From Paraspadella gotoi (lineage: Eukaryota; Animalia; Chaetognatha), in NCBI GenBank assembly GCA_051294375.1, contig CM119264.1, positions 346,148 to 410,147 on the forward strand: a stretch of DNA of 64,000 nucleotides, in the 5' to 3' direction. The translations under genes and the position numbers were made by a program. Positions 1 through 11,960 of the stretch are shown here, one piece after another (the stretch's first letter is position 1; each line of letters starts with the position of its first letter). Below the pieces are notes generated by a model. It saw nothing but the letters and a program-made list of their open reading frames with translations, did not search any database and was not told where the DNA came from.

Positions 1-469
1 CAAGAAAGAGAAATTAGGTCAAACATTGTTTTGAACATGGCTTTACATGTAATCGCCGAAGCTGAATTAGGTCAAGAAGGTAAAATCGTGAATAATTGAG
101 TTTGTGAGATATTCGAGTCTCTTTAAAGGTAAAAAACGATTTATTTTACGTTTTTAATTTTTTATTTTGTTTTTTATTTTACTAATTTTATTTTTCTTTT
201 CCAGGTCATCGTGGGAGCTCCAATTTCGTCGCGGGATCATCGACATCGCGGGATCACGACATCGTGAGATCATCAGCGTCGCGGGATCAGGTAAGTGTTA
301 CTAACAGGTAAGTATTTGGTTTTCATTTTAATATTTTATTTCAGGACTTAACCTTTTTTTTTACAGGTCACCGACTTCAAGGATCATCGCGAAGGATTGG
401 TCTTCGAGGGATCGCCGTGGGATTTGTCTTCGAGGGATCTCGCAGAGGATCGGGTAAGTATAACATTTT

Positions 470-700
470 GCAGGATGGATCTTCGGCTTCTTCACTTCGC
501 GGATGGATCTTCGGTCTTCACTTCTAGGATGGATCTTAGCGTCTTCACTTCGTGGGATGATCTCGGCTTCTTCACTTCGCGGGAATGGATCTTCGGCGTC
601 TTCACTTCGCGGAATGGACATCTTCTGGCGTCTTCACTTCGCGGAGATCTGCGCATCTCATTCGCGTGTCTGGCGGACTTCAGGATTGGATCTTCGCTTA
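470..700. repeat. ~29-bp tandem repeat (GGATGGATCTTCGGCGTCTTCACTTCGCG)n in the cassette outer arm
   Basis: Direct reading. Inverted copies at 22220-22385 and 30725-30970; degraded copy at 14590-14735. Confidence 0.9.
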
Positions 701-949
701 CAGCAACCGTACTAGAGTGAGTAACGGTTGAGGCATCGGCCGGTCCTAAGCTATCCGAGACGGACGGCGGGACATGGCGGGACTCTCATCAATTGGAATT
801 CCCTTACAAGAGGTAAAGTATTTTGAATATTTGATATAATTTTTTNNNNNNNNNNNNNNNNNNNNNNNNNTTAAAGGATTTGCCAAGAAAAATTTATGAG
901 TTTGACGTACGCAAACGATTGAGACTTCCGACGTCGGTGTTTCGAGACT

Positions 950-1114
950 CGAGGCCGTCGCTTCGTTGACTGGGGTCGACGTTTCGTTGATTGGGGCCGA
1001 CGTTTCGTTGACTGAGGCCGACATTTCGTTGACTGAGGCCGACGTTTCATTGACTGAGGCCGACGTTTTGTTGATTGGGGCCGACGTTTCGTTGATTGGG
1101 GCCGACGTTTCCAT
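950..1114 (-). repeat. 21-bp tandem repeat encoding the 7-aa NETSASV unit
   Basis: (GGCCGACGTTTCGTTGACTGA)n. Also at about 15590-15715, 21095-21290 and 29600-29785. Confidence 0.9.
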
Positions 1115-1573
1115 TTTTTCTCAATTTGAGAGAGAGAGAAAGAGTTTGTGGAGATATCTATTTTTGACTGAAAGTAGAGGTTAATCACATTTTTAGAAAT
1201 AAGAAGTTTTTGTTTCACAATAGATCAACACAATTTGAGTTATGAGTGAAAATATTTAATGTTTAAAATATCGAATTCCATCCTCAAAGGTGAGAATTGT
1301 TTTTGTCAAGCTGTTGATCTTTTAGGTAGCAACNNNNNNNNNNGTATATATTATAATTTGTATTTTATTTTCAGGAACATACGAAAAAGACTGGGCCGGA
1401 AGGGTTGCTCGGAGGAGGCGGTGGAGGAGGCGGTGGAGGCACTCCTTGAGCCGGTCGCTGACGGTGGTCACGAGGTGAGTTTGGTTATTAAGGCTTAAAC
1501 TGAAATCAAATCATGTATATATAAAAATGTGAATTTCACCAATGATTTATCATCGTTTTTAATGATTCAGAGT

Positions 1574-1873
1574 TCATCGATCTCCGAGGCGATCTTTCAC
1601 TGATGGAAGATGGATTGGTGGATTTCCGGCGGCTGTCCATGGTCCTTGGACGGGTCGAAATTCTTCAGCTTGTCCTCTCCCTTGGGCCAGATGTTCACGT
1701 CGGTCTTCGGGATTGGCTTCGGAGGTTTCCCTTTCCTTCATTGCATCAACTTCCTTTCTTATCCGCTTTAGTTCGTCTGCGATCAGTTCCGAGATTGGCT
1801 GAGAACACATCTCTGCCGCTTGAAATCTAGCACGAGGCGTCGCTTTCTCAAGTTCTTTTTTGGTATTTTCCAT
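1574..1873 (-). CDS. Cassette gene B: 99-aa orphan
   Basis: ORF MENTKKELEK...WTAAGNPPIHLPSVKDRLGDR*. The paralogue at 16485-16910 keeps WTSAGKPPLRLP-IKDRL. Confidence 0.6.
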   Translation of the reverse strand: MENTKKELEKATPRARFQAAEMCSQPISELIADELKRIRKEVDAMKERETSEANPEDRREHLAQGRGQAEEFRPVQGPWTAAGNPPIHLPSVKDRLGDR

Positions 1874-1986
1874 TTTTGTAATTAATTGAAATGTGCCTGC
1901 GTATTTAAAAAAAACCATGAAAGAAAAATATCAATAAAAACGTACGAGTCTATCACACACTCTTTGTCAAATGAATTTATTGTTTT

Positions 1987-2370
1987 TTATTTATTTTTTT
2001 TAATGTAGACGATCCTCGCGTCAGTGGAATTTGGTGCGAGCTCAATCCTTTTGGCACTGGGAGCCCGCCTCAGGTAGTAGGCGCGTAACGAAAGTCCGGT
2101 GGAGAGAGTGCCGAGGAATTTTCTCATCTTTTCCCTCCTTTCTTCTGCCTCGTCCTCTTCCCACCCTGGAGTTGGGTAATAGGTGGCGGCTTTGTCATAG
2201 TATTCCAGTTTCTGTTGGGCAGGTAAGTATTATTTGATAGTTTTATTGTTTATATTATTATTATTTCTTTTTAGGTTTTCGTGAATTGACTTACTTTGGC
2301 CATCTTGATTCGGATTTCGATTCGAGAGTGAAAGTTTTCGAAATGTAACTGAATATCGACTGAACGTGAA
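1987..2370 (-). CDS. Cassette gene C (2 exons), orphan 'KLEYYD-YYPTPGWEED' protein
   Basis: Intron 2212-2294 (GTAAGT...CAG, phase 0). Exon 2 (2211-1987) reads KLEYYDKAATYYPTPGWEEDEAEERREKMRKFLGTLSTGLSLRAYYLRRAPSAKRIELAPNSTDARIVYIKKNK*. Start codon uncertain. Confidence 0.7.
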
Positions 2371-2467
2371 AGGTAAGTACAAATAAGAACGAATTATTTT
2401 TGAGAAGACAATTAATAATGAATAAATGTCAATGAACAAAACTAAGAAAATGGTAAGTGAAGTAGAG

Positions 2468-2968
2468 TTAAAAGGATCGTTCATGGCATTTTGATTCTTC
2501 GGAGATTTCCATTTGAGTGATCTTTGAGAGAATAGCGCGATCTCTCTTTCCTCTCGAGATCTTTCTCATTTTCTCGCGGGCATTTTCTAGAGCGCGACTC
2601 TCTCTCTCATTTAAAAGTTCATTCCTCATCTCAGCCACTCTTCTTTTCCAGTATTTCATTCTCGCCCTTCTTTTTTCCTCGCGTTTGTGATCGCGAGCGA
2701 TCTCGCGAGCTTTTTCGTGTGCCCATTTCTTTTTAAATTCGACGAGGCATTCCTCCGAAGTCGATTTCATCAGCTTGATCGGCTCGTCTTCAGATTCCGA
2801 CGAGGATGTTTCGTGGCGCCATTTTGAGACTTCGATGATTTCTATGATGTCATCGTCGAGAAACTCCGGAATGGATGGCGGCGAGTTTGGCAGTGAGTTT
2901 GGCGAAGGAAATTCCACCAAAGTTGGCATGTCTTCGTCGATGACTACGATCTCCATCGATTCTTCCAT
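2468..2968 (-). CDS. Cassette gene A: 166-aa orphan, acidic/Pro-Ser N-terminus and K/R/E-rich coiled-coil-like C-terminus
   Basis: Intact ORF MEESMEIVVIDED...SKCHERSF. Noisy copies at about 18774-19290 and 27303-27815. Diverged paralogue in the other arm (17510-17765 minus, 4070-4350 plus) keeps TSEECL, EKAREIA, LLNER.SRAL, REKMRKI and KITQM. Confidence 0.7.
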   Translation of the reverse strand: MEESMEIVVIDEDMPTLVEFPSPNSLPNSPPSIPEFLDDDIIEIIEVSKWRHETSSSESEDEPIKLMKSTSEECLVEFKKKWAHEKAREIARDHKREEKRRARMKYWKRRVAEMRNELLNERESRALENAREKMRKISRGKRDRAILSKITQMEISEESKCHERSF

Positions 2969-4496
2969 TTTGGAATGAGAATTAAACAAGCTGGATATCT
3001 GCAGGTAAGTTGGGTTGAAAACATGTTGAAATTTTCTAATATTTCCTTTACAGAATTTGGACTTCATCGGAACAGGTAAATTTAAAATGTTTGGTTTGTT
3101 TGTATTAATATTTTAATTTTATTATTTTTTATTTTAGGTTCGACGCGACGAGGGATTCGACGCGACGAGGGATTCGACGGCGACGAGGGATTCGACGGCG
3201 GCAAAGAATTCGACTGGACCAAGTGAATTTTTTGTATCTTATTTTTTTTGTGATAATTTACTAATATTTCTCTTTTTTTAGGTTTGGCGACGGCGGCGAG
3301 GGATTCATCGACGGCGGACAAGAAATTCAATTGTTTACTCGATGCGAAAAAATATACCCGCTCGTATTATTATTGCGTGAACTGATTTCCTCGTTTTTCT
3401 TCAGTTTGCGACCGCGGCCGTAGGCGAGGATTGCAATCGACGGCTGGCAAGAAATTCAACAGCGGCAACAAATGAGGGAGAAATTCCAACGGCGGCAAAT
3501 GGGTGACAAGGATTGCATCAATCGGCGTAAAAGGGGATCGGCGGAGACGAACTTCGAAGGTAATCTTTTACGGTTTAATTGGAGACGTTGAGACTACAGA
3601 ATTGATGAAGAGTAAAGTTTTTTCTCTTAGAAGGAGCCGTTGAATTGTGATCGATATCGCAATTTTCGCAAGTAAAATGGACCTATTTCAACTAGCGAGA
3701 CTGCAAACTAAGCAAACACCCTTTGGCAATAGCTATTTTGAATTACTCGATTAGTAATACAATAATTTGCGTAAAATAACTTTCAACAGGAAAACATACT
3801 CGAGCACTCGCGAAAGCAGATACCAAGATTCTTCGATGCACCTTTTATCATATATAAAAACTTCTGAGACCAATTCGAAAGCGAGATAAATTTCGGGAGC
3901 TTTCCGATACGGGCGAAAAAATCGAATTAATTCAAGGACGCGGGTACTAAAATATGAATTTGAAGTTTAAGAGAGAGAATGTCGTTCGTATCAAATAGAG
4001 CGAGAGACACGCGTATAGACTGGCCAAAAAGTCTAATTTAACTTTAAAGATTGGTTGATTTAACTTGTAAATGGCACTTCCGGAGGAAAATGTCGTGTCG
4101 AACATTTCAGAGAAAAAGAAAATAGGGGCGCGACGAAAAAGCGTCGCGAGATTGGGCTCGAGACGCAAAAAATGAGAATGAATCCCGGAAGGAAGATTGG
4201 CAGAAATGAAAGAACGAAACTATTTAAATGAGAAGAGAAAGTCGCGCTCTTAGAGAAAGGCGCGCGAGAAAGATGAAGGAAAGATCACAAGAGGAAAGAG
4301 AAGAGATCGTTAAGCGTTTAACAACTCATCAGGAAAAATAACGTCAAATTGGAAATAAATGGAGAGGAACAAATAAAAACTGTGGTTCAAATCCTCATGT
4401 TTATTAAAAAACCATCATTGATCATTCCTCATTAACATCCAGATGTGCGTTCAGTTGTGNNNNNNNNNNNNNNNNNNNNNNNNNGTTCCTTTCTCC

Positions 4497-4802
4497 ATGT
4501 TCAGTCGATATCTAGATATATTCACGAAATCGCTTAGGCACATCTGCGCCCACATCCTCGAATTCAAGGTGGCCAAAGTAAGTCAATCCACGAAAACCTA
4601 AAAGAAAATAATAATAACAATAAACAGTAAAACCACCAAATAATACTTACCTGCATTACAGAAATTAGAATACTATGACGAGTACGCCGCATACTACCCC
4701 ACTCCGGGGTGGGAGGAGGATGCCGCGGAGGAGAACCGGGAGAGGATGAGAAGGTTCCTCGGAATCCTCTCCACTGGGCGCCCTCTGCGCGCCTACTATT
4801 AG
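4497..4802 (+). CDS. Cassette gene C' (paralogue of C, 2 exons)
   Basis: Exons 4497-4577 and 4662-4802 read MFSRYLDIFTKSLRHICAHILEFKVAK|KLEYYDEYAAYYPTPGWEEDAAEENRERMRRFLGILSTGRPLRAYY. Same intron position and phase as gene C. The C-terminus is uncertain because indels differ between copies. Confidence 0.7.
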
Positions 4803-6719
4803 AGGCAGCCGCCCAGGGCCGAAGAAACCAGGCCCGCTCAAGGCAGCGGACCATACGCGTTTGCTCAAACTGTTTCTTAAAATGAAGTCACGTTGCTATT
4901 TTTCAACAAAACGTATAGATTAACCTGTTTAGGAAACAGTGAAATAACCAAAACAGAAAATCTTGTGGGGCAAAATCACCAAAACGTGATATCCGTTCAC
5001 TTGATCGATGAAACCGAATAATGAAAGCGATTCCTGGATTTTAGGAAAAGTCATAAGTTATTGCAAAAAACATATTTATTCAGCAGGTTGATTATATCTA
5101 GATATACATAATACCAAAGAATAAACTCGCATCAGGATAAATGTACAATAGAATAGCAAATGTGATATAGGAATCTTGAGCCTCTTTAAATAATGAGAAT
5201 TACTTCGTTTAAACAGAAATCGCTATATTTAGGCTTATTTTCTCAGCAAACGCCCATAAATATCTTAAATTCAAATATTCTCAAATATTCTGAAAACTTT
5301 TCCATTTACCACAATCATCCTGAAATAATTTTTTGAGAATTTGTCGCAACCAAGTGCTCGAACAAAGTTTTTCAAATGGTGATTGAGGCTGCGAACTCAA
5401 CACGTGTGGTTATTAACTAATAGGTGAAGCAATGTAAAAAACAGTATCATCCAAAATTATAATAACTCGATATAACTGATAGAATTATACATTGATGAGC
5501 CGGAGTTTCGTTCTTGCTCACTTACTGAGATAACTCAATACCGCTGGTTGAAACGCGAGATCTTGTGGGAAAACGTAAAACTAGAACTGGAGAGTAGCCC
5601 ACAACAACGCGATGGTATAACACAAAATATAAATGATCATCTCAGTAAGCTCGCTATTCAATAGCTAAGCACAAGAGATGGATGTAGAATACATATGAGT
5701 CATCACTTACGAAAACGGCAACAAACGCATAATAAATGTCCATACTTAAACGACGATGGTAATTAATATTAGATACAATCTGGTTAATGAAGGAACATAA
5801 TTAAAACATATAAATGAATTATAAAAACAATAATGTTTATAAACAATATTATATTGTTTATACTTTAAACACTTTACAAAAGGAAAGTTGAGAGGCGACG
5901 GAAAAATACAAACGAGAGTGATTGTCCTGACCAAATGATCATAGTCGCTTTTTCTTAAAATATGATTAGTGAAACTATTATTCAATTCTGCAGACTATCA
6001 TCGTTAATAAAGAAAGTTTAAAAAAAAAATCATATATAGAATTCTTGGGGTCATTTTGAATGAACCTCCTAAATAGGAGGCAAATCACATTTTCTGCTCT
6101 GATGCGCCAAGCAAGCTGTTAATTCTTCTCTTACTCTCTCACCTCTCCTCTTCTTCTCTCTCTCTCGGCTCTGTTCTCTTCTTCAGATGTATGAAATCAG
6201 GGTGGATGCGATTTCTATCTTAATTGTTTTCATTCTCATACCATTTTGTTTTTGTGTCGCTGTGCATTGGGCTCTCCTCTCCCTATAGTATATTTTTTCT
6301 TTTAGTCGCTAATTTACATGCTTTTATTTCTTTTATCTTTATTTTTCTTACTGATTCTGTTTTGTTTGCTGTCTTCTCCGTTACTTTTCTATGTTTCTTT
6401 CTTTTTTAATCTTTCTCTCTCTTTCTCCTCTCCTCTCCTCTCTCCCTCCTTTCTGTTCTATCAGACTCATCATGTCTGTCTCTCTCCTCTCATCTCTCTC
6501 TCTTCTCTCGCTCGTCTTTCTCTTCTCTTCTCCTCCCTCTATCGCTCCCTCTTCCTCTCTCTCATCTTTCTCTCTCTCTCTCTCTCTCATCTCTCTTCGC
6601 TCTCTTTTCTCTCTCATCTCCATCCTTCTTCCTCTCCTAACGACATATCGACGGATTTATCAACGAAAGAGATAATAAATGGTTTATTTGGGCGGGAATT
6701 GCGTAGTCTGTGTTAATAA

Positions 6720-7110
6720 CGTCGTCGTTTTCAAATCGTGTCGTTTCAATCGTCGTCGTCTTCATCGTCGTAGTCTTTAATAGCGTCGTTGTCGTCATCG
6801 TCGTCGTGCTCTTCATCGTCATCGTCATCTCGATCATCAATCAGTCATCAATCAGTATCATCATCATAATCATCATGAATATCATCATCACATCTCATCG
6901 TTTGTTGTCTTCATCGGTCGTCATCTACTTCAGTCATCATCGTCGCGTGCAGTTGTCATCCTTGTCAGTATTTGTACGTAGCATCATCGTCTTGCCTCGT
7001 TGTCGTCTTCTTCATCTCCATCATACGTCGTCTTCATGTGTAGTCTTCATGATCGTCGTCACTTTTCATCGTTAGTCTGGTGTCATCGTCGTTTGTCATG
7101 TCGTATCGTC
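6720..7110. repeat. (ATC/GTC)n trinucleotide low-complexity tract
   Basis: Direct reading. Inverted copies at 48485-48640 and 52000-52440. Confidence 0.85.
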
Positions 7111-10100
7111 TCATGAAAAGTCGAATATGAAGCCGGGTCAGATAGACGGCGAAAGAGGTCGGGGAGGTCACGGAGTTGAGGTGTTTTATTGAATTACTTT
7201 GTTAATTTATGTATTAATTATTTAATTGTTTTTCTAGAAAGAGAGAGGAGAGAGGAGAGAGAGAGAGAGAGATAGGAGGAGAGAGAGAGAGAGGATGGAA
7301 AGAGAGAGAGAATGAGAGAGAGAGAATGACAGGTGCATAACGAGAAGGGGTGCGCGGAGTGACAGTGCCAGTTACCTTTGGTGCTTGCAGTGGCGTCAGC
7401 GAATCGATTGAGAGTGTGAATAGAAAGGATGAATGCACAAGGAATGTGCAACTGAGGATGGCATCTGAGTGGGATAATTGCCATGAAGATGGATGCTACG
7501 ATTGGCGATGGAGATGCATCTGAGATGGGCTATTTCATAGGATGGACTCGATGAATTGAGATGGACTAGGATAGTAATTTGATGAGATGAGCGCTGAGGG
7601 GCAGAATTGTCTCGCCATTCCTACTCTCTCTCTCTCTTCCATTCTTCTTCTCTGTCCATCTTCCTCGTTCTCTCGTTCCCTTCCTTCCTTCTCCTCTCTC
7701 TCCTCTCTCTCCTACGCCATTCGAGACGTCGGGTCGACAAACGAACAAGAACAACAACAAGACAACAACAACACAAAAACAACAAAAACAACCAACACAA
7801 AAACGCACCTTAAAAATAAGTGCAGATATTCTGAATATACGGATTTTAAGCAGAGAGAGTATGATCTACGAGAAATTGAGGTTTTCGAGTGGGGCTGGCG
7901 GGGCTGGGGGGGCTGGGCGGTTGGCGCGCGGCGGGTGCGGCGGCTGGGGGACGCGGGGCGGGAGGCGGCGGCGGCAGGTGGCGAGACAGAAGCGGCTACG
8001 GATAACATTTGTTGGATGCAAAGTTAACGTATCAGTGAATCTGCGAACAGCGGAACAGTTTTAAGGAGGATGATTAATGTTTGGTGTAATTTCTTCATCC
8101 AGTATTATAGGGTGATTTGGGGTGATTTGGTAGAAAAAAATGAGCGATGTACCAGGTGATATATGTGAATTTAATGTACTGATAGATTAATTTGTGATCG
8201 CGTGGAAGATGATTATTGTTCATAGAGAGAGATAATTAGAACCTGATATATAAGATAGAAAGATATATGAAGAGATAGACAGTGAGCATAGAAAATATAG
8301 ATGAACAATGATAATTATCGAAGTGTCCAGCAGAAAAAAAATAGAGAGAGCTAATATATAGATATACATTATTGATGTAGAGCCGAATAGAGACAAAAAA
8401 TATGATGCGATAGAAATATAGATAGACGAGATATATGAATGACGATGATACGAAGAGAATAGAGATAACAAAATGATGGAAAGATGATAATAGATTTGTG
8501 ATGCGATGAAATATATTGATGATATAATAATGATAGTCAATGAATGCGATAATAGTCTTCATAATAATAGTCATTCATAAAAGAAAAAAAGTGTATGAGT
8601 CTACAAAAAGAGAAAGAGGAGAGAGAGGAGAGAGGTGTGTTGGAAAGAATATTGGGATGAATTATAATATTAATAGATATATATAAGAAGGAAAATATAT
8701 AATAATTTTTGGATTTTGTAAATAAAAAATTGGTTATTCAGTATGGTTGATTTAAGTAATTAATTTTATATATAACATTGAATAAGACTAGATTTTGGTC
8801 ATCTTTAAATGAGGTTTGAGACTTATTTTTTGGCATATTTTGAAATAATGAGATTGATATTGGATTGTTGAATGGAAAAATGTGCTATAGAGTAAAAACT
8901 ATTTTCATAATAAGGTCAAAAATGTATAATCTATGACAAAAATATATAAGGTAGAAATAGCTGTTAGAAACTAATTATTTCTTGCTTCAATATTTTTTTT
9001 TACTTATAAAAAATTTTATGTATCATTACTTGAAGTTTAATATTGGATGAAATTTTTGAGATTGTTCTTTATTTTTTTTAGAAGATAACGAGACGAGGTC
9101 ATTTTATATTTGCATATTTAAGCTAATTTATATATTTAAACATCAGAATATTATTATTTTAAAAGGATAAATGATGAAAATATATACACTAAAAAAATTT
9201 AAATTAAATTGTAAAAATTATTAGAATAACAAAAAAGTAATGTTTAATATGACTATATTTTTTTTCTCAACCTATTTTAGATATATTTGACCCAATAGGG
9301 ACATAGGTCGAAAGTAGTAAGTAATAACATGTGGATTAGAGCGCTAGGGCGGGCGTAGGTGAAGATGCCTGTCGTAGTTCTATAAGCCTCTAATAGCATG
9401 TGACGGGTTGGGCTTGGACGAGCTTAGAGGGTTTGCCATGCCCAAGGCGGCGTTACGGCGTTAGCTGTACAGCAGGTAGGTACCAATTGGTGGTTGGGAA
9501 TGTGCCACGGTACTAGTGGTCATGAAAGCTTGATGGTTTTACTCCAATGAGCAGGGTCATGACGTGTCATGATTCTGGTGGGGTAAACTAAGGCAATGCC
9601 GAATACAGCCAGACTTGTACCAACGCTGCCTGGCTTCAGTGGAGGGAGGGGAAGAATTAGTAGCAGGGCTGAATAGAAGGCTTGGAAAGCTGAAGGGATG
9701 GGCTCACGTGTGGATAAGGGCTAGTGGGCTGAAGATGATGTGCGATTTATAACCCTTGCAGCGATGGAGGGTCTAGGGTTGAACAGGCTTGAAAGGGTTT
9801 GCAATGTCCCAGGGCTTAAGGATGTCTCAGTTCGAGGGTGGTAAGGTTGGGATTGAACGGTATACTTAGTGGCATGAGCTGATGGTTACTCATGAGACGG
9901 GTCTGAGTGTATGATTTAGGCGGGTGAACTAGGATGCACGACTAAACCCAAAAATTTTTTTTAAAGTTAAACTAGCAATTAAATTATTCCGGCTTTGCCG
10001 GAGATATAAGAGCTGAATGTCAATGTGATTGCTGCATTATAAGATTTTTTCATTTTTTCTCAAATGACACGAAATCTGGATTAAATTGGGATTTTGTATT

Positions 10101-11529
10101 GAGAAAAAATAATGGGATAATAAGTTTTTAGATGTATAGGGAGAGAGAGAGATAGAAGTGAACAGACAGGAACTGTTTACATGTCTTACTTGTCGCTGGT
10201 GAAAAAAAGTGATAAAATTTTTTTGTAAAAAAAAAAAAAAAAGAGAGAGGAAAGAGCGCGGAATCCGTTTAATGTTTATCGTCGGCAGTGACCGGATGGT
10301 GAAAGAAAGTGACTAAAAATTATTTTTTGTACAAAAAAGAGACGATAGAGAGAAGATGATAGAAGAGGAGAGAGAGAGAGAGAGCGGATGAGAAGGAAAT
10401 CGTTTTACTGTCGTTGTGACGGTGGTGAAAAAAAGTGGAATAATTTTTTTTGTAAAAAAAACACACGAGCCACAGAGTGAGGGGGAGAGGAGAGAGGAGA
10501 GAGAGATAGAAGAGAGAGAGAGAAAGTTTTCCCGCAACGATAGCGCAATATTAGGTCATCTCGTTGTATATCGGGTGATTGGTCCAAGTAGTTTTTTTTA
10601 TAAACGTACGTTTCGGTGCATCGAACAGCGTTATTGTTCTGTTCTAGCGTTGTTCCCGTCGTTGCCGTCCTGACGGCACGAAATGACGGTCAAGTAGATT
10701 TCTTTTCATATTTTTCAAAAAAATCAGGAAAATTAGATGTAATTTGGGATTTTGTATTGATAAAGATTTGCGCGAATAGATGGCGGATAGATAAGCTTTT
10801 CAGAAGAGAAAACAAATTCAGATTTTTTTCATAAAACGATACGATAGGCATTGAGATCGTACAGAGAGAGACAGAGCACATGAGAGAGACTGAGAGAGGA
10901 CTGAGAGGACGCGAACTCGTTTTTTAAACAATTAGAAAAGGCAGGCCTGAAAAAATTTTATATTTAAAAATAAATAAAAGAAAGGAAAAATTTCTATGGT
11001 TTAATTGGAATTTTTTCCATTTTATTTTATTTTCAATTGTATTTAAATTAAGATATAGCTTTCATATAAAGTTTTTTGAGTTCACATTTTTTATTACTAG
11101 ATTTAAAAAAAATTATTTGATTTATTTCAATAATTTCTGAATATGTAAATTGATAAAGCTTTCTATATATAATTGGATATGTATAATGAGTATAGTAATT
11201 CATTTGATATTGCAGTAGAAAGCATAATGAAGTGGAAATTCAGAAACAAAAAATGACTTATCAATGTATAAGAAAATGTCATGTATATTCAAGATGTAGA
11301 ACCATATTAAATTTTTTAAGTTATATGATGGCACACTTTTGTAAACTGTTATCATACATTATAATAATTTTTTTATTTAAAAAAAAACGGTAATCACAGC
11401 AACTATAAGGCAGTAGTTTTTTTAAAACGATGACCGGAGAGCGAGACGGACGCTAATGTCAAAGAAGCAATCCCTAAATTATTATAGAGGCCAAGGCTTA
11501 TCGCCGGTCTGGGCTGAATAAAATCGGAC

Positions 11530-11960
11530 AGGAGTTTAGGGGTTAAGGATTAGGATTTGACGAGGGTTATTTGATTCTGAGGATAGGGATTAGGTTTGTG
11601 ATGTTGAGGATAGGAGTAGGTTAAGTGATTTGTGAAGGGATTGGTAGTGATTAGGGGTTAGGGATTAGGGGATAGAAGTTAATACGTTAGGGGTTAAGTT
11701 AAAAATTTGGTATGTAGAGTTTAGGGTTATAGGCTTGGATACAGATTAGGTAAGGGATTTTAAGGTTAGGGATTAGGGTTTTAGGAATAGTTTAAGGATT
11801 ACGGGATTAAGGTTAGGAAATTGGGTTAGTGATTATGATTAAGGATTAGGGATTATGATTTATAGGATAGGATTCAAGGTTGAGATTAGAATTGGGGATA
11901 GGGTAAAGATTGGGTTATGAATTAAGGTTAGGGAATTGTTAATTGAAATCGGGGTTAAAG
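11530..11960 (+). repeat. Degenerate telomere-like tract (TTAGGG/TTAGG/GATTAGG)
   Basis: Repeated ttaggg, gattaggg and taaggttagg. Interstitial. Confidence 0.8.

Larger units (their letters stand above)
80..3560 (+). ncRNA. Putative spliced antisense non-coding transcript across the cassette arm
   Basis: Serial canonical introns with T-rich tracts at 80-204, 291-366, 1475-1570, 2223-2274, 3005-3053, 3076-3137 and 3223-3281. Many of the exons are antisense to genes A-D, and no convincing ORF lies on this strand. No expression data. Confidence 0.45.
1..4851. mobile_element. Palindromic multigene cassette, copy 1 (inverted, partial, cleanest ORFs)
   Basis: 1344-4851 is the reverse complement of about 17070-20540. 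1-1333 is the shared outer arm, with an internal deletion near 705. Confidence 0.75.

Noticed and set aside
361-720. ORFs over the 29-bp repeat (361-621, 397-720, 22187-22491)
   Set aside because: The unit length is not a stable multiple of three, and the frames differ between copies.
470-1114. CRISPR-like appearance of the 29-bp and 21-bp repeats
   Set aside because: Head-to-tail units without unique spacers, no cas genes, and a eukaryotic spliced context.
6224-8064. ORFs rich in S/L, R/E, V/I or T/M, here and at 47578-48802 and 50964-53328
   Set aside because: These are translations of (GA)n, (ATC/GTC)n and (CCG)n microsatellites.
8220-8580. Hydrophobic I/S/Y-rich minus-strand ORFs
   Set aside because: Degraded low-complexity A/G/T-rich sequence, positionally equivalent to the (TGTCAC)n tract in a poor-quality read segment.
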